Shown: positions 36,932 through 51,866, numbered from the whole stretch's first letter. The stretch: 63,218 nucleotides of DNA, filler included, from Octopus bimaculoides (GCF_001194135.2; 6 parts of 6 records of this genome joined end to end with filler, not necessarily neighbours in it); one strand, 5' to 3'. The notes: generated by a model not told the origin, from the letters alone. A program made the numbers and translations.

Positions 36932-37224
36932 NNNNNNNNNNNNNNNNNNNNNNNNNNNNNNNNNNNNNNNNNNNNNNNNNNNNNNNNNNNNNNNNNNNNN
37001 NNNNNNNNNNNNNNNNNNNNNNNNNNNNNNNNNNNNNNNNNNNNNNNNNNNNNNNNNNNNNNNNNNNNNNNNNNNNNNNNNNNNNNNNNNNNNNNNNNNN
37101 NNNNNNNNNNNNNNNNNNNNNNNNNNNNNNNNNNNNNNNNNNNNNNNNNNNNNNNNNNNNNNNNNNNNNNNNNNNNNNNNNNNNNNNNNNNNNNNNNNNN
37201 NNNNNNNNNNNNNNNNNNNNNNNN

Positions 37225-37330
<106 letters not shown>

Positions 37331-39251
37331 CTTTTTTTCTCCCCTACTCAAAAATATCTCCTTTGAGAAATTTATAATCCTCATCAAAAGTCCAAGTGTT
37401 TCCGCCTCGCTTAGTTTTGTCTCCTGGTACAACGGCACTATTCAAATATTTTTGAAGTTGTGGCTAATATCAGCTCCACTTGTTAAATATTTCTATTCTT
37501 TAAATCTAATTAAAATCTCTCCTCGACAGTTTTGTTTTTTAATCACAATTTAAAATATCAGATCACTAAATTCTACCATTTTGTTGTTAAACACGAAAAC
37601 ATTTGGTTCAAAAAGTTCAGTAACTTTCCTATTAGCCAGATGTTTAAACTAATATCCTGCTTGGGAAATTTTGTTTGAAACAAAAAAATTAAAAATGAAA
37701 GAAAAAATCGAGTATTTATTCCCATTTGCTTTATTTAGAAGTTTCTTGTAACAGAGTTAACATTATGTTGCCTAAGTGTAACTAGTCTCCATTAAGCACT
37801 TAATTTTCTACTTCCCTAAAGAATTAGTATTTGATACTCAATTGCCTTGAAATATTAGTCTGACTAATGCCAACATATAAAACTGTTTTTTTAAAGCATT
37901 TGAAATTTCTAGTCTTAAACTTCTTACTTCCATTGTCATTTGACGATTTCGCTCTCGTCAAGGCCGTAACTGTGCTTTAAGCTGTTAACGTCAGTCTAGA
38001 CTTATTTGTCGGACTCCCTACCTCAAAGACACTTCTCATCTTTACGTTGATATGAAATTCCCAGAACTGCTTCTACTAATCACATAGCTGCAAACAGTTT
38101 TATAGTTTTACACCCCCATTCACCTCCAAGATAAACTTTAGCAGATAATATTACAGCCGACTGGTACAACAGTGTTAGCTTCCAGTTGCTCGATGTGTCT
38201 ACACTGTAACTTTAACTTATTGCCGAATAATGGCAGCGAACTTTTAGGGAATTTCTATCTCTCATCGGTGTGAATTCCCTTTTCGGATCCCTTCAGCTGC
38301 TTACATAATGAACGTTAGCCAGAACTTGAAATATGTTAACGACAAACCAGTCTGTTGGAATCCAGCCCCTCTTTCTAGAGCGACTGCAGCATTTATGAGG
38401 AATCATCATTATCATTTAACGTCCTTGTTCCACGCTACCATGTGCTAGTCGGTTTAACAGGATCCGATGTGTCCAAGGACTGCATCGCACTCCAGTCTGC
38501 TTTGGCATGGTTTCTATGGCTGGATGCCCTTCTTAATGCCAACCACTTTGCAGAATGGATTGAATAGTTTCTTTTAATGTTACAAGCGATAGCGAGGTTT
38601 CCATGCAACTTGCAAGACTGCGAATCCTAAAGGGGTGGGGAGCTTTACACTAAGAGGTGAACGATAAAAGTTTGTGAGTAGGGGCTAGAGCAGAACAGGT
38701 TTGTAGATGCAGAGGGGCTATATGATTACTCACATTTTAAAACAGGGAGTGAGGGACATTGGAATGGAGCAGGGAAGAGGTAAAAGTAGTAGTAGTAATT
38801 AGGGGAGACTCTTAAGGTACGAAGTGTGTAGAAGTGAATGGGACAGACGAGGAAAGGGTAACGGAAGAAGAGATTGACGAACACTGTAATTGTTGAGTAG
38901 AGATGAAGGAAGAGAAGAATCGGGGATGATTGATGGTGCGGAGATGCAGAATATGAATCGTGGTGCAGTAGCTTTTTATTCTTTTAAGATCCTTCCCAAG
39001 TGACATAGACTCATAAAGCTGGTTTCCGTGGCGTATATATTCACCCACTGGACGGGACGCCGGTCCGTCGCAGGGTGACTCATTTTTGTCAGCTGAGGGG
39101 ACTGGAGCAACGTGAAATGAAGTGTTTTACTCAAGGGCACAACGTTGTCCGATCCAGGAATCGAAACCACAATCTTATGATCATGAGTCCAACACCCTAA
39201 CCACTAAACCACACACCTCCACAATAATGATACAATAGACAAGAGAAAGGT

Positions 39252-39282
<31 letters not shown>

Positions 39283-39611
39283 GATATGACATGCGGTTGG
39301 ATAGATTGGAGGAGTGGGGGAAGACAGAGTGATGGGGATGGTGCATAAAAGGTGTAAGAGATGTGTGGTAGCGGGAAGAGGAGATAATGTAGTGGCTCAG
39401 TTTGGTCAATGAGGGTGCGGGTAGAGAGAACAGTGTTAATGGATGGTGTATAGCAAGTGAAATGGTTCTGGATAGGAAGAAGAGTACAACCAAGAGCCGA
39501 AGGATGGTGGGGATGCTTTGAGAAGAAATGGTATTGGGCGGAGGGAGCAATTGCACATATTTAAATACACACACACATACATACACACACACACACGTAT
39601 ATATATTTTAA

Positions 39612-39820
39612 AGATTGGGAAGGCCAGTTTATGGGATTACCCATAAAGGGTTTAACTTTATGATTTATCAGACCTCAAAACCTGTTGGCCTAAAACCCCT
39701 TGGAAATATTTTGAAGAGGTTTTAGGCCAACAGGTTTTGGGGTCTGACGATACGCATTAAAGCTAAAACCTTTGTGGACGGGAAACTCAGGGTAATTCCA
39801 TAAACTAGTCTTCCCCATCT
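39612..39820. mobile_element. Fold-back MITE, AG...CT ends with TTAA target duplication (Kolobok-like by end structure)
   Basis: Outer ~35-bp arms with 4 mismatches; inner 33-bp arms with 2 mismatches; TTAA at 39608-39611 and 39821-39824. Confidence 0.7.
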
Positions 39821-39886
39821 TTAAAATACACACTGCTCTACATCTTTGAGTGTGCTTCTCCAGATTTATGTTTACTACAAACAATT

Positions 39887-39962
<76 letters not shown>

Positions 39963-40644
39963 TACACACACACACACACATACACACGCACGTACATACA
40001 GAGTTATCAGTATTCAGTTTTAGCGAGCTGAGCGGTTCTTCTCTCATATTGTCAGTTATCCCGGTCCTTTGTCATCTCCACCGTGAGGCTGAAGATCCTA
40101 AGACAGTAGAGTAAAATAGTTCAATTTAGAATCGCGCCTGTGTGGGAGCCCCAGTGTGCCGCTAACGTACCACCATTGTAGGGTACACATAATAGGTACC
40201 CTCAGTCTCCACCTAATAAGATTAAAACGTCCCCTATTTGAATTCATCATTAATAACATTTTATTAATAGACATCGTTTGGTTATAAATAAATTTTGCAT
40301 TAGAGTTTTGGAATCGCTTTTTTTTTTTCAGCATTATTCTACTTTCTTCATCGTTACGAAATGGTATACGTTCTCTGGGCGGTATTTCGACTGACTTATC
40401 AGTATATATATATAACTAAAACAATTTTATAAAGTTATAATAAAACCAATTTTGCATAAAACTAGAGGATTACTCAATAATTTTAATAGAGAACATATTT
40501 ATTATATCCATACTTTAACAAAAGACGGGTGACAGTGACAGGGGCTGTCCGGTGAAGGCTAAGCTGGTCAGAACTATATATATATATATATATATATATA
40601 GTTCGTATTTGCTAAAATATTTTGCGTATTGTAGCATTAAAACC

Positions 40645-40807
40645 AACTTATTACTTATTTGACTACGGTCATGCTGGAGCACCGCCTTTAGTCGAACAAA
40701 TCGACCCCAGGACTTATTCTATTGGTGTCTTTGGCCGAACCGCTAAGTTACGGAGACGTAAACACACCAACGTCAGTTGTCAAGCGATACTGGGGGAAAC
40801 AAACACA

Positions 40808-40851
<44 letters not shown>

Positions 40852-41305
40852 NNNNNNNNNNNNNNNNNNNNNNNNNNNNNNNNNNNNNNNNNNNNNNNNN
40901 NNNNNNNNNNNNNNNNNNNNNNNNNNNNNNNNNNNNNNNNNNNNNNNNNNNNNNNNNNNNNNNNNNNNNNNNNNNNNNNNNNNNNNNNNNNNNNNNNNNN
41001 NNNNNNNNNNNNNNNNNNNNNNNNNNNNNNNNNNNNNNNNNNNNNNNNNNNNNNNNNNNNNNNNNNNNNNNNNNNNNNNNNNNNNNNNNNNNNNNNNNNN
41101 NNNNNNNNNNNNNNNNNNNNNNNNNNNNNNNTATATATATATATATATACGGCAGGCTTCTTTCAATTTCCTCTACCAAATCCACTCACAAGACTTTGGT
41201 TAGCCCGAGGCTATAGTAGAAGACACTTGCCCAAAGTGCCACGCATTGGGACTGAACCCGGAACCATGTGGTTGGGAAGCAAGCTTCTTACCACACAGCC
41301 ATGCC
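40645..41305 (-). mobile_element. SINE family C (bipartite, internal TA/GT microsatellite); copies at about 5990-6150, 18575-18800, 20300-20460, 28940-29050, 45335-45660, 51150-51370, 55280-55960, 57135-57432, 57805-58085, 59495-59900
   Basis: 5' half ggctgtgtggtaagaagcttgcttcccaaccacatggttccgggttcagtccc...; 3' half ...gactaaaggcggtgctccagcatggccgcagtcaaatgactgaaacaagtaaaagag. Resembles described Octopus tRNA-derived SINEs; family name not verified. Confidence 0.85.
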
Positions 41306-41770
41306 TCAACTAAATCTTATATGGATCCCTGTTGAGAACCATTGGCATGTAATTACGTAATTTAATTATTATATAGTTAATCAAGAAGCACTCTGTAGAT
41401 TGTGACAGTCAATAAAACAGGGATAACATTTTAAGATTTATTCTTTCTTTGCGACCCGGTACCAAATGTTACGCGACCAGTGATTGGGGACCCCTGCTCC
41501 AGAGGAGGACACAATTCTAATAATTCAAAAATGTATGTTGTACGGTATTTGATATAATCTATATTTATCTATGATGTTCAAATACATGCCACAGGTCACT
41601 CTGAGACCATTTTTCTTTATAATAAGCATATTCCTGAAATCACTGACTTTCCTATAAGACCAGAATTGAATTACGTTGACCAACCAAATTGAGATTTACA
41701 AAATTAGAAAAAATAAATTACTTTTTTCTAATGAAAACCTCCTTACTAACCTTATTTGTTTAATTTTCAG

Positions 41771-41875
41771 GTCAATGCAGCCGTGGAGTCTGTTTCAACG
41801 GTGGAGCCTGTAATGGTGGATATATGCCGGCCTGTTCTTGTCCCCCAGGTTTCCATGGTCCCCGCTGCCAATATG
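41771..41875 (+). CDS. MEGF6: MEGF6-like exon: first EGF module (RQCSRGVCFNGGACNGGYMPACSCPPGFHGPRCQY)
   Basis: ttgtttaattttcag| ... |gtaaga; phase 1 to 1, in frame with the 29323 exon. Six-Cys EGF pattern; parallels [35 protein letters not shown](DVDEC). Confidence 0.92.
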
Positions 41876-42523
41876 GTAAGATCATAAGCTGTTTCCTTTT
41901 CATTAAAAGTTATCTTTGATTTCCACACTTACTCCCCGAGAGAGTTCTAATTTATTTACCGACACTAAAACTCCGAGTTGTTTTTTTTTGTTTTTTTCCT
42001 TTACACTTTTTCCTTATGAACCAAGTTTTGTGTGTGTGTATATATATAAACATTTGTGTGTGTATACACATACATATGTACATACATCTGATGGTATGTT
42101 TGTGTGTGTACGCTATTATTTAATTTCATTTCTAGACCTTTTTTGCCAATGGCGAAAAAGCCGGTTTCTAACCTAATCAAAGGCTACTTCGTTGGAATTT
42201 CAACAGATACACACATAGTTGTGCATCTATGTGTGCATATGTGCAAGCAACTGGAACCAGTGCATGTTTTGTTTTATTTGTGTGTACTCATATCTACTAT
42301 TGAATGTTGAGACATGCGCAGATATACTTAACTGCTAAACTTTTGAAAACTTTTACAACTTTTGATAGTTCTGTTGTTGGCTTGTATTTATAGTCATCTA
42401 ATTAGCTTTCTCCTTTCTGGTCTTGAAAACCCTAATTTCTCAAGATTCGTGTTGAAGAAGTTAGTTACATATCCAAGTGCGGTGACTGTATGGAATCCCA
42501 TTTTACACACACACACACACACA

Positions 42524-42562
<39 letters not shown>

Positions 42563-42582
42563 GCGCGTGTGTGTGTGTCGGT

Positions 42583-43120
42583 CAGGTGTTCATAAGTCCG
42601 AGACAAGCGGACTCTAAAAATATTTTGACCAGTAATATTTGATGTAGACGTTGATTTTGGCCAGTCAGAAAGTTACCATTAGTTTCACGCCTATAATGGT
42701 CTTATCAATATGAGCGGCTCATCGGACCTGCTGGCCGGGAACATATTAACTCTAACTAATGGCGGTAGGAATACAGTCTTGATCGGCCAGGTTTGTGAAA
42801 AAAAAACCTTGAAACGAAATTCTTTGAAATGAAATCTCCATCTGGGCAGGCTGGGGTTATTTCCCTTGACCGGTTCCATCTCGCCCAGAAAGGGTTTCGC
42901 TTCAAAAGATTTAATTTGTTTTTTTTTTTTTTTACAACCTCAGCTGACAAAGACTATATTCGTACCTCCATTAATAAAGAAATTATGAGCTTCCAGCCAG
43001 CAGGTCCGAGATGAGTTGCCGATATTGCCAAAAGCAAAATAGACGTGAAACCAATGGTAACTGTATAGTAAAACGGAGAGGATCAAATAGACTTTGACAA
43101 ATTAAACTAGAAACACCTCT
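42583..43120. repeat. Old ~540-bp imperfect fold-back element
   Basis: agttaccattagtttcacgcctat and tcggacctgctggccgggaa..ctaatggcggtagga on the left arm are matched in reverse complement on the right arm; centre near 42860. Confidence 0.7.
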
Positions 43121-44757
43121 GCGTATATTTGGCAAGACGGATTCCTCTGACAAAAGCGTATTCCTGGCAATTCTATAGGTTGGTTCAGCAGTCTGTATAG
43201 AGTTGAAACGGCTGTTTCTGGTATACTCATATAACCTTGGATTTAGGTTAGAAACCGGTTCTTTCTCTGTTGGCAAGAAATCCTTAAAATAAACTGAATA
43301 ATGACATACATTATATTATCCAGATTATAAATTCACATTTATACCAAAAATAATCGGTGCATTTAGTTTTGTTAGTAAATGCCTAAATGACAATCTGGAT
43401 AAGCTAGGGTTTTCAGAAATAGAACTCAACCAACGCATATATTACAAACACTCTGTAAGTGGAACAGTAATAATATACAAGACTTTTCTCAAGTTGTGAC
43501 ATTGCTTTTGTTATCTACATTTCAACGAGAGAGCTTTGTATCTTTATTAGAAACCAACCCCTTCCTAACGGGAAGAATTTTAAAAAATTGAAATCAGAGG
43601 CAAATGAACATAAATGGATACGAACAAGTATTCAGACATCCGTTCGTTGTGACAAGCGTTGACAAATGTATCGCTAGGACCATCAGAAGGGGAAGACATA
43701 TCAGTTCTAATACACGCTTATTGCTTCCTGTGTTCAAGATCGAATCCCGCTGAAATCGGCTTTCCCATTTTCCCCTCTATGTGTGCGTACGCGCGCTCGC
43801 AAATATGTACTTATATGTGTACTTAATATCAAAGTTTCGATCGACGGCTAAGATTCCTTTCTAATCCCCCAAATGCTAATTATAGTACCTCCTCCTTCTC
43901 CTCCAACCGCATCCCCCCCTTCACCCCACACTTCTACTTCCTATTACCCTTTCCCCCATACACACGCCCAACACCAACATTATCCTCCATTCTTTCATCT
44001 CTACACCTTCCACCTCTCGCCAGCCCTCTCTCTTTCTCTCTCTTTCTCTCTCTCTCATTCTTTCTCTCTCTCTCTCTCTTTCATTCTTTCCCATTCATCT
44101 CCCTCTCTCCCTTTCTCTCCATGGGGAGTTGTGTGAGGAATTCATTACGTCAGCCTTCTTTACTGCAAAACATCTTGAACGAATTCTCNNNNNNNNNNNN
44201 NNNNNNNNNNNNNNNNNNNNNNNNNNNNNNNNNNNNNNNNNNNNNNNNNNNNNNNNNNNNNNNNNNNNNNNNNNNNNNNNNNNNNNNNNNNNNNNNNNNN
44301 NNNNNNNNNNNNNNNNNNNNNNNNNNNNNNNNNNNNNNNNNNNNNNNNNNNNNNNNNNNNNNNNNNNNNNNNNNNNNNNNNNNNNNNNNNNNNNNNNNNN
44401 NNNNNNNNNNNNNNNNNNNNNNNNNNNNNNNNNNNNNNNNNNNNNNNNNNNNNNNNNNNNNNNNNNNNNNNNNNNNNNNNNNNNNNNNNNNNNNNNNNNN
44501 NNNNNNNNNNNNNNNNNNNNNNNNNNNNNNNNNNNNNNNNNNNNNNNNNNNNNNNNNNNNNNNNNNNNNNNNNNNNNNNNNNNNNNNNNNNNNNNNNNNN
44601 NNNNNNNNNNNNNNNNNNNNNNNNNNNNNNNNNNNNNNNNNNNNNNNNNNNNNNNNNNNNNNNNNNNNNNNNNTTTGTACTCAGAACGTAGCAGCAGATG
44701 AAATACCGCTAAGCATTTCGTCCAGCGTGCTAACCACTCTGCCAGCTCACCGCCTTA

Positions 44758-44789
<32 letters not shown>

Positions 44790-45697
44790 TTCTGCTTGTT
44801 CCCCCGTTACTTAGCCCGTCTGTAACACTTCCACGTGATTAGTTGAAGGGGAGGGGAGGAGAGAGATGGGTCGGGAGAGGTGGTGATGAGTGAAATGTGT
44901 AATGTTTTTTTGACTAAGTTTTTTCCTCCGTTACTTAGCCCGTATGTAACGCTTTCACGCGGTTAATTGAAGGGAAAGGCGAAGAGCGAAAGAAAAAGGA
45001 GCGAAAAAAAGAGGATAAGGCAAAGAGTGAGAGAGGAAGAGGGAGAGTGTTGTGTGTTAAGTCTATAAAATTGTGCTTGAAGTATATAAAGTGCATTAAG
45101 TAATCATCGTCTTCCAATTTCCTTCAGTTTTCAATGAGTAGCAGACGAGCGACTATCTTTTGATACATACATAGCACAGGCCATGCTTTCGGGTTTAATA
45201 AGTCCTGGGGTCGGTTTGTTCGATTAAAGGCGGTGCTCCAGCATGGCCACAGTCAAAAGACTGAAACAAGTAAAAGAATAAAAAAGAAAAAAATATATGT
45301 GTGTGTGTGTGTGTGCGTGTTATTTGTTTCAATCATTAGACTGCGGCCATGCTGGGACACTGCCTTGAAAAAGTTTTAGTGGAATGAATCGATCCCAGTG
45401 CTTGTTTTTTAAGCCTGGTACTAATACAATTAGTCCTGTCGATCCGCTAAGTTACGGGGATGTAAACAAACCTAGATCGGCTGCCAGGCGATGGGGTGCA
45501 GACACACACACACACATATACATATATATGGTGGGCTTCTTTCAGTTTCCGTCTACCAAATCTACTCCCAAGGTTTTGGTCTGTCCGAGGCTATAGTGGC
45601 AGCACTTGCCCAGGGTGCCACAGAGTGGGGTTGAACCCGGAACCATGTGGCTGGGAAGCAAACGACGAACTACACGGTGTATGTATAATAACTTGTG

Positions 45698-45735
<38 letters not shown>

Positions 45736-46549
45736 ACACAGGTTACGTTAAATTTGGGTATTGTTCGTGATGTTGTTGCATTCCAAGCCACATTTTATAT
45801 ACACAGATACAAGTATTTATATACACAGATACAAGTATTTATACAGATACTCATACACACACACACACACACGCACACACCACATGCACGCGCGAATTCT
45901 CACGCGCACCACTTACGTATATATATATATAACATTCACACCTACACATACTCGCAAACATATACGTACACATGCATTCTCTTAAATAGACCTACCACGC
46001 ATACACAAGCTCGCTCACACACACACGTACACGCTCACACACACACACACACATACACATACACACACACATAGATTAAAAGTACTTCCTCGCCCTCTCT
46101 TCCCTCGCCATACCCACACTCACCCCGTCCCTCCTGGCTACCAAACAATCAAAGAATGATTCAGAAATGACCCGAGTTCTTTACCTTACAATGAACATTA
46201 ATTAAACTAATTAAGCAACTCCATCGTGGCGGCGGCAGTGGGTGGCGGGTGGTGGACGTCGTCGTAACGATGTGAGGCTGGCGAAGAAGGTGGTGGTGAT
46301 GGTGTTGGTGATGATTATGAACGGTTGGTACAGCTGATGGTGTTGGGAGTGGTGGTGGTGGTGGTGGTGAGAGTTGTGATAGAGGAAGGGGCTGTAATGA
46401 TGAGGTGGGTGAGGAGAGAGAAGAAGGGGAAAGTTGGGTGAGGAGCATTTTGATGAGGGATTTCTGCTGCAGTTTTGTAATTAAACAGATGGTGGAAGAT
46501 GATGACAATTAAAGGGCTGGGTAGGGTGACGGTGGAGTACATCAAAAGG

Positions 46550-46607
<58 letters not shown>

Positions 46608-47076
46608 NNNNNNNNNNNNNNNNNNNNNNNNNNNNNNNNNNNNNNNNNNNNTTAATTAATTAANNNNNNNNNNNNNNNNNNNNNNNNNNNNNNNNNNNNN
46701 NNNNNNNGTGTGTGTGTGTATGTGTATGTCACTCTCTCTCCATCACCTCACCACACACACTCTCTCTCTCTCTCTCTCTCTCTGGATATTCGCAATCAAT
46801 AAGCATTACATTACTTCTTTTATACGTCCCTTTACCGTTCATTATGAAAAGTATACGTAGATACATATAAACATGCACTCAGACATACATACACCCAGAT
46901 ATAGGCATGGAAGCTACAATAAACCTACAATAAACACGGTGAGAAAAAGAACCCAGGTATGATAAAATAATCAAAATGTGATTTAACTGACATTAAACGA
47001 AATTGATGTTTAAATGAGACCTGCAAATCAACATATAAGTAAATTTATTATCTCCTACACGTATGTATGTATATGT

Positions 47077-47078
<2 letters not shown>

Positions 47079-47165
<87 letters not shown>
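47079..47165. repeat. (TA)n microsatellite; one of dozens of TA/CA/GA tracts, most of which border N gaps
   Basis: Direct tandem repeat. Confidence 0.95.
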
Positions 47166-47171
<6 letters not shown>

Positions 47172-47752
47172 TATACATGTATATATATATAGTTCTATAT
47201 AAACATATATAGACATGTATATATATTTATATATAAACATATATATACACACATAAATATGTATATACGTAGAAATACATACCTATATAAAGGTATATAC
47301 ACATATACTTCCTCATACTTTTGACTATTTATTCTTTCATTTCCATATATATATATATATATGTATACATGTATACATACATACGTACATACATATATAA
47401 TACATACATACATATTTATGTATGTATGTATCTGTATTTGAGAAAGCTAATGGCTGCTTACGGTAATTTCACGTTTTACATATTGTCCATATGCTTTCTC
47501 TGTCTATTCGTGTATCTTGTTTTCTTTCTTCTTTCTTTTTTTTCTTTCTTTTACATTCTCCGCCTTTTTCTTTCCCCTCTCGCTGTGCTCATATAGAAAG
47601 TAAAAGGCATATACATACATATATACATTCATATATATATATATATNNNNNNNNNNNNNNNNNNNNNNNNNNNNNNNNNNNNNNNNNNNNNNNNNNNNNN
47701 NNNNNNNNNNNNNNNNNNNNNNNNNNNNNNNNNNNNNNNNNNNNNNNNNNNN

Positions 47753-47795
<43 letters not shown>

Positions 47796-49499
47796 ACATG
47801 GCTACTCATATACGAAAGCTCCCTATGCGGCACGATGTTGTTCCGAAAACAATTTACAATACCATCCACAAACAAGTCTGTCCTGAGCAAAGAAACACCG
47901 GTTTTCAAGCGAAGGTGGGGTTAAACACACAAACCCACCCATACTACATACATACATTCATACATACATACACTGTAAAATTTTGTAAAACATTCCAGAA
48001 GTTTATCATTCAAGTATATATGAGGATATCTAGATATGCAACTATATGCATGAGAATAAATACACAAAACGAAGCAAACAAATCTCCTCATATATATATA
48101 AAATATTCTGTTGATGTTGAAATCTTAAAATACAACTGAATATTGACGTACATACATAACATACAACAAGCTCCCACATTTTTTGTTGACGTCACTTACG
48201 AGGCCTCAGTCGGTCCTGCAAAGTGGATTTGAAACAGAAATCACGTGGTTCCAAGAGTCATTCTTGCACCTATAATTAATGATTTCTTTATCTATAATGA
48301 TGCTTTAATTAATGCTGTATATTTGTGTACATGTAGTGTGCCAGCGTTCGATCTTATTGGAGATTCCAATGAACGTCTGCTATGAATCTCAGATATGAAT
48401 ATGAAATATTTCATATTGATTTCTATGGACACAATGTAAATGTGTTCCCTCTCGTCAGACCTACAACAATTTACAATATGACCCAGTTATATATACGCCA
48501 ATTTCCATCTTAGAAATTCACTCACAAATCATGCTTCGGCTCGAAGTTAAATTACACGACACTACTTCAAAATCTCACACAGGAGAACCTAAAACCATAT
48601 ACAGATCTCAGTCATACAATCATACAATCATGACGACTGCGACTACACCTTTATATATTACATAGATATGAAGGAATATGGCTTAGTGCTTCGTGTGTTC
48701 GGTTCATGATCTTACGATCCTGAGTTAGATTCTCGGCATTGCGCTTTCACCCCTGAGCAAGTTTCTTTACCTCACGTTGCTCCGGTCCATACAGGTTGGC
48801 AAAAGCAGTTGTACCTGTAATTAAAAGATCCAGCTTTGTCCCCGTCTGTGTCATGCTGAATCTCCCTGAGAACTAATTTAAGGCTACATGTGTCTGTGGA
48901 GTCTTCTGTCCAGGCTCGTTAATATCACAAGTAGGCTGTTCTGTCGTTTTGAGCGACTGGAACCGACTGGAACACACATCGTCGTAACCGACGTAGTACC
49001 AGTTTAATATTCCATAAATATACGTTTGATCAATATTATACAAATAGAGAGAACACACGCGTTGTGTTTGTAGTTGACATTTGTTTATTTAGTTTGACAT
49101 TAATTTGAGCGATATTATCTTCCGCAATCCTTATGAATTTGTTTTTGTCGTTCAGCAAATAGGTAATGCTTCGCAATGTATTCATATTTATCCATGATTA
49201 GGAGGGAATATATATTACAGTCATTGTTGCTCATAGATATTGCCGTGCTGTTATGTTTTTAATCAGCGTTTTCGAAATTTATTGATTACTTGCAGGAATT
49301 TCATATTATCTATATTCTTGTATTAGTAGGAAAAGGGAAAACCTGGATGAGGAAACATTTTAATACATCTCCCCTACTATTTACACATACACCCGAACAC
49401 ACACACTCACACACATGCAAACGCATACAAGCACGCACATGTGAACACACGTACGCACATAAGCACAAACACAGAGAGACGTGTACATACATATATATG

Positions 49500-49530
<31 letters not shown>

Positions 49531-50136
49531 NNNNNNNNNNNNNNNNNNNNNNNNNNNNNNNNNNNNNNNNNNNNNNNNNNNNNNNNNNNNNNNNNNNNNN
49601 NNNNNNNNNNNNNNNNNNNNNNNNNNNNNNNNNNNNNNNNNNNNNNNNNNNNNNNNNNNNNNNNNNNNNNNNNNNNNNNNNNNNNNNNNNNNNNNNNNNN
49701 NNNNNNNNNNNNNNNNNNNNNNNNNNNNNNNNNNNNNNNNNNNNNNNNNNNNNNNNNNNNNNNNNNNNNNNNNNNNNNNNNNNNNNNNNNNNNNNNNNNN
49801 NNNNNNNNNNNNNNNNNNNNNNNNNNNNNNNNNNNNNNNNNNNNNNNNNNNNNNNNNNNNNNNNNNNNNNNNNNNNNNNNNNNNNNNNNNNNNNNNNNNN
49901 NNNNNNNNNNNNNNNNNNNNNNNNNNNNNNNNNNNNNNNNNNNNNNNNNNNNNNNNNNNNNNNNNNNNNNNNNNNNNNNNNNNNNNNNNNNNNNNNNNNN
50001 NNNNNNNNNNNNNNNNNNNNNNNNNNNTGTGGGTAGATAGAGGGATTGACAGATACATACACAAGGAAGGAAAGAAAGATAAGCAACAGTTGTATCAGGA
50101 GTAGCGTATAGTGGTAGTGTTGGTGGGGGTGTTTGC

Positions 50137-50182
<46 letters not shown>

Positions 50183-51003
50183 CTTGTGGCAATACGTGAA
50201 GTTATAGCGCCATGGTGACCTCATACACATAAATACTTTTGCACACAGAGTACATGCCAATATGATTTCCTGATTTCCTCTGCACTTGAGTTCAGCCACG
50301 TGCACCATCATTTCTCCGAACGTAAATCAGCGAACTGGCAGAATCATGAGAACGCCGAATATAATCCTTACCGGTAATCCTTCCAGCTTTAATGTTCTGA
50401 GTTCCAATGCCGCCACGGTCATCCTAATGTTTCATTTCGGAACCGATAAGATAAATATCTATTGTGCACTGCGATTGATATGATTAACTTACTCTACCAC
50501 ATTCCTCCAAGATTGCTGGCCTTGTGCCAAAACTCAAAACCTTTATATCTATGATCCAATATGTGTTAATTTACATTGCTAGAAATAGTACCCATTTAGT
50601 TCTTAAATTGCAGTGCACTGTTTCAGGAAAGTAAGTTAATGTTCTTATGGAGTCGAAGATGAACTCTGGCCGTGGCGGTGATGGGTGTCGTTGATGTGGG
50701 AATTGTTTTAGTAGTAGTGCTACTGTTGGTGAAGATTACTGTAAAAAGAGTTTTGATGTGGTACAGTTGATGGTCAAAGTGTACAGCAGTGGAGTGGTGG
50801 TCATGGTGGTGTACCTGATATTTATTCCGCGATCATGTTCAGTCTTGTCATGGAATTAACCTGGGCATTTCAAAAATTCCATTATTATTGCATATATACA
50901 TACAAAGGCATGGGCACATACACACGCACACACACACACACACACACATACATATATGTATATATGTATAAATATATACATATGCACGTACACACACATA
51001 TAT

Positions 51004-51051
<48 letters not shown>

Positions 51052-51695
51052 NNNNNNNNNNNNNNNNNNNNNNNNNNNNNNNNNNNNNNNNNNNNTTAAT
51101 TAATTAANNNNNNNNNNNNNNNNNNNNNNNNNNNNNNNNNNNNNNNNNNNNGCGGCTGTGTGTATGTGTTTTTTGTGTCCGTGTTTGTTCTCCACTATCG
51201 CTTGACAACCGACGTTGATGCGTGTACGTCCCCGTAACGTAGCGGATCGGCAAAAGAGACCGATAGAGTAAGTACTAGGCTTACAAAGAATACGTCCTTG
51301 GTTCGATTTGCTCGACAAAAGGTAGTGCATAGCCGCAATCAAATTACTGAAACAAGTCACAGTATAAAAAGAATAATAGAATATATGTATATATATTAAC
51401 AATATTAAAAGAGAAACGTTACCACTAAGATGCAATAGCCTTACGTTGAATTATTTAAGTGGTATTCCGACTTTCAAAGACCAACACACGTTTCAATTGC
51501 ACCGACTAGTAACCGTTGCAATTACAACCGGACTATAAAACCGTGCAGTTTCTTCAGGGTCTTTACTTCATATCCCTTAATAAAGCCGTTTAAAGATTAA
51601 ATAATGTAAAGATGTCCGTCAAGTTAGACGCGTACAATCTCTATTTCAAGTTCTTATGGGATAATCATTTTAAGTCCATCATTACTTTTTACAAA

Positions 51696-51754
<59 letters not shown>

Positions 51755-51834
51755 GTAATTGAAATGGGTTATCTGAAAATCGGAGTCCCATTTTATTACA
51801 ACAATTTACTGTATATCTTGCTATTATGATAATC

Positions 51835-51866
<32 letters not shown>

